From: Balanoglossus misakiensis
Taxonomy: Eukaryota; Animalia; Hemichordata
Assembly (NCBI GenBank): GCA_040954595.2
Contig: CM082594.2
Location: 7,447,573-7,511,572 of the forward strand
Direction: 5' to 3'
Length of the DNA stretch: 64,000 nt
The notes under the pieces were generated by a model that saw only the letters and a list, made by a program, of their open reading frames with translations, was not told the origin of the DNA and made no database searches. Both the position numbers and the translations under genes were made by a program. Below are positions 56,582 to 64,000 of the stretch, piece after piece; the first letter of the stretch is position 1; each line of letters starts with the position of its first letter.

Positions 56582-59156
56582 TCATGGTTGGTTGCTTGGT
56601 TCGCTCTCCGCCGTGTCACCGTCGACGCATCGGTGACGCTCGCTTTCGGTGTCACTACTCTCGCCGCCACGTTCGCTCTCCTTCCCTTCTCGAGCTCCGG
56701 CATCCTCGCTCAAGTTCTCGGCCTGGACATCTTGATGTGCAGCCGTATCATTATGATCACCATCACCCTTCGTATCTTTCTCCCCAAGACCCGCTTCAGC
56801 GCAACTCGCGGTTGGCCCGGCGCTTGTTTCATCGATTGTCGCGCAGGTGTGTGCGTCAGACGCACGGGTTGTCTCTTCGTCACACACGGCATTTCCCGCC
56901 TTCTCTTTGTCTCCGTCGTCGTCTTCCCGCAAATGCTCGAAGGCCCTTTTCTTGGCGATCAGAAAGATGACGTAGCCCCATGCGGCCGAGGCGGGCACGA
57001 CGGTCAGCAACGAGAGCGTGGTGATGATTAGCTCTGTGAGAAATGATATGAAATGGACCTCATCATAAGATTTCTCCAGCCATCCATACTGCAATGTATA
57101 TCCATGGCTAACAGCATATTCACGAATGAATGGATGGAGGTGTATGGATGGATGGATGAACGAACGAACGAATGCATGCATGAATGAATGAATGACTGCA
57201 TGGATGAATGAATGAATGAATGAATGAATGAATGAATGAATGAATGAATGAACTTGCTTACTCGTGTTCATTGACATCGCATATACCATAGTAGCTTCGT
57301 CTTTGCTAGTTTTATCTGCGGTCGTAGGCCGATTAGTTGTAGTGAAGTGAATTGATGTCTTTGGGGGCGTTGTTTTCATACGCCCGACCGTCGTTGCGTC
57401 TGTGGTCCGGTCAGCGTGCGTTGTCGTTTGAGGTGGGGTGCTTTCACTCTCCGTTGTGGGCTGCGGAGTTGTCATCGGCTCCGTCGTCGGAATTTTGATC
57501 GTCGAGAAAGCTGGCGTTGTATTCTGTGCGTCAACTGTTTGCACAAAGTTCGTGTTGTCAGATTTAGATGCTCATTTGTTATATCGTTTCAAGACTCTCA
57601 GTCGCTCGTATAGTCATTTTTAAAAAAATCATGGTTACACATTTCTGATACTTGTCTGTTAAATATATTATTTGATATTGTGTACAAAATTAGTGACTAT
57701 TTCATAATCATTCCCCCGTACTTACCGACCAGGCAGACGAAATAGTAGGAACGCCCGCAGTCTTCAAGGGCCCAGTTGTAACCACGTGTTATACTTCCAA
57801 GAATGAAGAAGATGAAATGAATGCGTGGTAGAATAAGGCCTAACGCCCTTAACACTTTTTTATATTGAACACTGTTTAAATGCAAGCATGCATGTGCTTA
57901 CATGAGTATGTACAAAATATGTGGGCGGGGATGTCTTCCTGATCTTTACTCTTCTATAATCTATTATCTGCTAACAATATTAAAAAAAAGAAAATGTCTC
58001 ACTCCATCAGTGCACAGAAATCCAAGCCTCCCCGAGTATCTGGTTGACCTGCTGCCCAAGAAGAGTATGTCAACTCTGAACCATCGGCATTAGTGTAGAC
58101 GCCATCTTGGTCGTCGTTGTCATTGACACCTATCCAAACGCTTTCTTTGTTGAGTAATAAATTAAAAAAAACATACTTGCTTTCTCAACAACGTACAGAT
58201 AATCTAAAGTCGTCAGTGATGGCCTCAACATAATATAATAGCCGAAGGACAATTTTTTTTCTTACACAGCGTTATTCGTTCTAACCGGATAATTGTTACT
58301 TTTGAGGTATAAATTGAAGTCTATACATCAATGTTAAATTTCACAATTTCATTTCCATTGGTAGCTGACCGCACTGTCTGAGACTAAATTTACTATATCC
58401 ATCACGATTGGAAGTTTTATGGCTGTGTTTTAAACTCACATGAAGTTCCTTGTGATTTAACAATTATCTACGCCTCGAGGCAAGACGTGACAGCATGCAA
58501 ATCTCGACATTTTCCCGCTGTTTTTACTTCCATCGAACTCACCACGGAATTGTAAGTCGACAAGTTCACTGACTGCCGCATTCATCTGTTCGCCGCTTAC
58601 CGACAACAACTGTCCACCAGTGAACGTTTCGCAGAAATCTTTGGCATCTTGCCAAGTCTTCTTCATCGGCGATAGCGAGACTGTCACAGTGACTTTTAGA
58701 TTTAAAAAGAGTAGTCGAAAGGAGAACCAAAGGAAACAAACATTACCAGTATTTCAGCATGTTTCAAGTAGTCAAACAAGAGGAATGGCGTTTATTATCA
58801 AATAGCAAACAAAATTCATGAAAAAAACGCCAAAAAGAGAGACTTTGTCCCTTTAATATTTTTCTACTTTTTACTATTCAACTCATGCCGTGTGCCTTTG
58901 TCCCGTCTTTTAAACTCCATGCGGTTTCACCCATTTCAGAGCGAGTCAAGTGAAACTTATGCAAAACTGGAATTAACTTACAGAAAAATGTGCCTATACG
59001 TTTACAAATAAAATGTGGTCAGCGTTGAGGGAATACAAACTACACAGTACCTGCATCCTGTCCGCTGACGTCACCAAGGTTACCGAAAATGAAAACGATC
59101 GCCAGAACTGCATCGCACATATTCCAGCATTTGTTCCTTTTCCGCAACGAGTACAT
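56582..59156 (-). CDS. Type I membrane C-type lectin-domain protein with Thr-rich mucin stalk
   Basis: Signal-peptide exon 59156-59051; CTLD exons KTWQDAKDFCE...GGQLLSV, VWIGVND...YSSWAAGQPD...DFCALM and NWALEDCGRSYYFVC; Thr/Pro-rich stalk exon (~57571-57262); TM exon LIITTLSLLTVVPASAAWGYVIFLIAKKR with an acidic tail ending at 56582. Confidence 0.82.
57124..57252. repeat. (GAAT)n/(GGAT)n compound microsatellite in the last intron of the lectin gene
   Basis: Direct GAAT/GGAT runs; gives the HSFI stretch in ORF 56582..57544. Confidence 0.93.
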
Positions 59157-61008
59157 AATTCCAAATCTTTGCTTTTTCTTAAAAAAAATATTACCACGTA
59201 GAAAACACTCAGTAAAAAACGTGATTTCGTCCCCGCGAAGACGAAGGCACGGCAGATGCGTGTGACGTCACTGTGCGCGGCGACACCCTACCCCCAGGTT
59301 CTTTGCGGAGTGTGCTGCCACGATTTCCATGGTTACAGAGCAGCCGCAATGACCTCAATCAGGTAATTAATTCATTAATTCTTATGGTAACATATATTGT
59401 GAATACACGTGCTACCTTTGTTGAGACCAGGATTATACGCCATGGTGGTTGAAATTGGACCAGGCGTCAGTGAATCATTAAACTGATGCTTTGCGATCAG
59501 AGTCTGACTGGTGACGTCATTGATCTAGTAATATTTTAACCAGTCTTTATATTTGATAGGACAGTTCGCCAGTTGAAGACAACCCCTGATACTGGTACGG
59601 TCATCCTGGAGGTCGCCATTTTGACAATTATACGGACAGTCGCCTGACAAACTGCGAAATTACGCCAAACTCCGACCGAAGAGGAATTTGGGAACCCAAT
59701 TCAGGAGAAACCGGGTCCCAAGGAGGGAATCTTTTGTAGTTTTGTGTAGGATCTAAATTTGTTTACTGTCGAAGGTGAGAATAGACCCCGTTTGATCTGA
59801 TTCAGGAACACGATACCACCATATGATAGCACAAAGGGTATCATCTCTGTTATATAGCGCCAAATTACATCATGGAAAGCCAGAACCACTGAGAAATCAG
59901 AAACAGCAACGTCACTGAACTGTTTCGCGTGTGGGGTGTGACAGACATGTATCTGATTTTAACTGCGAAAGTTTAGCTAATTATTAGCATAATGGAGATC
60001 GAATCATCATTGTTAATTAGTACGAAAACGAATCCGACATTGTGTAAGGTCTGTAGGTTTTACACCGTGATTCAATTTCGTTGGCGTTTTAGAGGAACTC
60101 GAGTGCGCAGGCGACGGTCACACCCATTGTTGACTAGGTGTTAATTCAACTGAGGTGTTTCGACGTCGGTGGAATGTCGAGAAACCATTACGAAAAAACA
60201 CCGAGCGATTTGTCCTCGTGTCGTACCGACTGGTCATCTACGTATTTGCGTCAACAAGATCGAACTTTGATATCTTGTGCCATTTTTGCTGCCTGGCAAC
60301 AAATGTTTTGGCAATGCAATGAGCAAAACCGGCCAGTCAGGCCGAAATCGCTCGCGATATTTTTTTCAAAATGCGGATCGCACAAAACAAGATAAAACTC
60401 AGGATATTTGCCATGGGCTAACTTAAGATATGCTGGGGGACTGCAGTGACCTGAAATGTTTACTTTATTCATAAAATAAACAAAGATCACTAAAGAGACA
60501 ATCCAAGGACAACTTTCAGGTATCGTACCGGTTGGAGACATCCATTGAAGACCAATCATCGCCAGATCTCTGGACTAGTAATTTATGTTTATGACCGAAA
60601 AATACATAATTTACAGCAGACTGCTTGTCAATGACTAAATTGCACTCCGTGTGGATCTTATCAAAGGGTCTGAAGTTCGATGACAAAAACAAATGAGCAT
60701 CGACGACCCGGCTATACATACATACATTGGTTGTCCCCCGTCATCTGGTCATCGATCACGCTGTCATAAGAGAACCGTTTCCTCTCTGTCAGTGCTGTGA
60801 TTCGTGATCATGTGTTCTTATATAGAGATGGTTATGTAGATATAATTTTGAAAGAATAATCTGTCGCTTGTGCGGTGACAGATTTCTCCCGTTTTAAGTA
60901 CATGTAACTAGTTTGGGGGGATAATCAGAAGAGCCTGTAAAACAAGTCATGGTGTTTTTCTATCATTTTCAGACTTTGTAGTGGGTGGTTTAGAAAGATC
61001 GCGTCATA

Positions 61009-62485
61009 ATGTCGAATGCCGACCAAACCCAGGCGGATGTCAACGCCCAGGCGACACCACAGACCCACCCAGACGCCACCCCTTACCCAACGAACGACCC
61101 TTTCCAGATGCAGCCAATGCAACAGCCAGCATCGCCACAGACCCAGCCGGACGCAACCCCTTACCCACCGAATGACCCTCTCCAGATGCAGCCAATGCAA
61201 CAGCCAGCATCACCACAGGCCCAGCCCGGCGCTACCCCTTACCCACTAGGCGACCCTCTGCAGACCCAGCAGCCAATGCAACAGCCAGCGGAGACCGACG
61301 AGAAGGATCATGCGAACCAAGTGAACGCCAACTTGCAGGCTGCACAACCAGCTCCCTATCCCGTTGAGCCCCCACCGGTAAGTCAGACCCCCAAAGCACT
61401 TGTTCACGTTGCTACAGTGACGGATGACGTCACACTGCATGACAACCATGAAGATGAGGAGCACGCCTACGACATTTCGCTGTCCAAAGGCCCAGACTTA
61501 CAACTGATAAATATTACTTATTGTCATATAGATATTTGAATTTTTAAGCGCAGATATAGCACCGGGGTTTTCAATATACACCATAGGTGCACAGAAGAGA
61601 AATATTGAAAGGGATTGTAGACATTTCCCTTTAAACAACCATGTCATCATTTTTTCTACTATCACCAACACAGCCATACATGCAAGGTGGGTATCAGCTC
61701 CCACCACCGGGGGCAGTTGTGGGGCAACCGTTGCCAGGCGCATACCCGCCACCCCCGGGAGCATACTATGGGGCGACCGGTCCGCCTCCCCCTGGAGGCC
61801 CCTACGTGATGAGTACTCCCCCGGAGGTACAAGCAACTACCACGACAACTTACGTCGTCAAGGACAGCGGACCGTAAGTAGGCGCTTTTTGTCGTATCAA
61901 CACTTCTGGTATATCAGAACAAATCAAGAGGGGTTGTTGTAGGCGGAAAGGGGTTAGTAATGAGGGTACAGCTTATAGTTTTGCTGTAACAGCAAAATCA
62001 CACTATTACTACACCGAGCTACACTGCATCGCAATCACTTATGCAAAAAATAACGTTGCCATTTTTCTTCTTTGTTCTCAGGCCACCCCCACGTACCAAT
62101 CATTGTCTACATTGCCTGATAAGTATCATTTTCTGGCCGTGGTTCTTCGTCTGGTGTGCTCTGGTAAGTGCGTGTGTCACTTTCACAACTGGGGCACTTA
62201 CAGCCAATCAACGGTTTGCTCGGAATCCACTGTTTGAGCAATGCCAGTCCCCATATTTCTATTTTATATGAAAGTTTGATGTTTGATTTTTTTTCTGACA
62301 TATCACAAGCTTATGACGACCCTGGACACATGTAGGCCCAGTATAAAGGCTAATATTTTTAAGTCGATTTTTGCTTATTCATATTATATTCAGTAGTTAG
62401 TAATATTGGCCATTTTTCTTTTCTACAGTGCGTAATGGAGAGCAGGGAATTGGACAGATACAATGCTAGGCAACGCGAATACTAA
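61009..62485 (+). CDS. Pro/Gln/Tyr-rich protein with C-terminal His/Cys/Trp-rich membrane anchor, uncharacterised
   Basis: Four phase-compatible GT-AG exons: 61009-61377, 61674-61873, 62082-62163, 62429-62485. C-terminus TNHCLHCLISIIFWPWFFVWCALCVMESRELDRYNARQREY*. Confidence 0.8.
61057..61290 (+). repeat. Coding minisatellite, 3 x ~78 bp (26 aa)
   Basis: PQTHPDATPYPTNDPFQMQPMQQPAS / PQTQPDATPYPPNDPLQMQPMQQPAS / PQAQPGATPYPLGDPLQTQQPMQQPA starting at 61057, 61135 and 61213. Confidence 0.9.
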
Positions 62486-63359
62486 GAGAAGCCAAGCGTT
62501 TCGGAGAGACCGCTCAACTGACGCATCGATTTACAGCGGCAGACTTGAAACTGCAAGTCTGACGTCACACTTTGGCTCGTCTATAGATCACATCATAGAG
62601 CTAAATCTAACCCGTGTGTAAATTATAACAATACGGAAATTATGTTAACTTTTGTAATTTTTCACTCGATAGAAACTACAAGTGGGTATTCTTATTCTTC
62701 AATGCTGGGAACTCTTCTTTGCCACGGTCGCGAGTGTCACAACTTTTTTTCGGTATCGGGCAATAGGTGGCGCCGTTGCAGTTAGCCAAACGGCCCAAAT
62801 GTACCGATTGGTGAGAACAAAAATGATAAAAATTCCTTCTTTGACCACCAATATTTGTAACTTTGACGGTATTGAACAGAGAAAAATACAAATTTCATGT
62901 TACAGAAAACCAAAATGGAACGTGTCAAAATGAAATCACGCATTTTTCACAGGGACGAACGTCACACCATTTATAATAATCCCTGGTATGATTGTACATA
63001 CATAAGTACAAATTTAGAGTAGATTTTAGTATTTATAAGAGTATACAGTATTCAGATTACACATGAGATCTGCTTTCCTTCTTCACCAAATTGTACGTAC
63101 TTATAAGCAATGTAACTTGAATACAATTCCATCCACACAGCATAGAGACAATACATGTGTGTTACGAGTGACTTTTCTGTTTAAAAACCTGTATAATTAA
63201 AATTTTATGAGGGGATTAAAATGTCTATAAATATAAACTAATATAACAGTTTTGACTGAGTCGATTTCTGACAGATTGAAATACTAGTAAATCGAACATT
63301 TTGGTTAAAAGTATCGCATTTCGGGAAAAATAGGCGACGAGAATGTTCACAGGAACACT

Positions 63360-63434
63360 TCGGTCGGTAGAGGGCGCACCAAAGGGACGCCATTTTGCGA
63401 AGCGTGATCAACAAGGAAGACGTAGGCGGTGAGT
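63360..63434 (+). promoter_or_regulatory. Probable promoter and non-coding first exon of the next gene (continues past window end)
   Basis: TAGAGGGCGC (63368), YY1-type CGCCATTTTG (63388), then a strong donor GCG|GTGAGT at 63429. Confidence 0.45.
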
Positions 63435-64000
63435 ATTTTACTGTAAAACTGTTGTCATCTGTTTGTCACGACTTTTCGTAAAATGTCCACCCGCGTAAAC
63501 TCGACAGGACATCACAGTGATCAAGTGAGGTATCCGATCTTTCTCTCTAGTTACATGGTCACCGTCAAGATTGTCGACGGTGTGCTGGGCAGTTTCGATA
63601 CATTGTACAGTGTGTACACATTATCCCCACTCATTGATGCCATGCATGGCACTCTCTGGCCCTGAGATCATAATTATTCTATTGAAGCCAAACAAAAAAA
63701 AACACGAACATTTACACTCAGCAAGACATTCTCCGCCTTCCTGGCAATCCAATTCGTACGAGTAGCGTGTAAGGTTACGGACAATAGCATTTTATGGACA
63801 GTTGTAAATCTTGTACACTTGTTTGGCGTTGAAGTCTTCAGGACGAGTTCATTTGAGTAGGGGAGCTATAGCGTCCGGGAATGGTAACTTCCAATCAAGT
63901 TCAGCAGATCAGCTGCAGATTGAAATTTGATCATCTGTGAGAATTCTGTGTTGTTGACTTTGTTATCCTTTTATTCAGGTAGAGTGCTTGGCAATGGCCA

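Overview
This is eukaryotic (invertebrate animal, probably non-vertebrate deuterostome) genomic DNA with spliceosomal introns, so most entries in the ORF track are exon fragments or noise. Bases 1 to ~24 kb contain no recognisable protein-coding gene. They are followed by a compact cluster: dymeclin (DYM, -), a short CTIF/MIF4GD-type MIF4G protein (+), a TTC23-like TPR protein (-) with two AT-AC minor (U12) introns, an SGNH-fold type II membrane protein (-), Zwilch (-) head-to-head with RPL4 (+, hosting three U18/SNORD18 snoRNAs), a small tyrosine-motif single-pass protein (-), a C-type lectin/mucin-stalk receptor (-) and a Pro/Gln-rich tail-anchored protein (+). The most notable pattern is that the human neighbours of SMAD7 (DYM, CTIF) and of SMAD6 (ZWILCH, RPL4) sit together beside a gene desert. 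This suggests an unduplicated ancestral Smad6/7 regulatory block whose target gene lies outside the window (inference). All gene calls come from manual splicing/translation and recalled family motifs; no database search was run.
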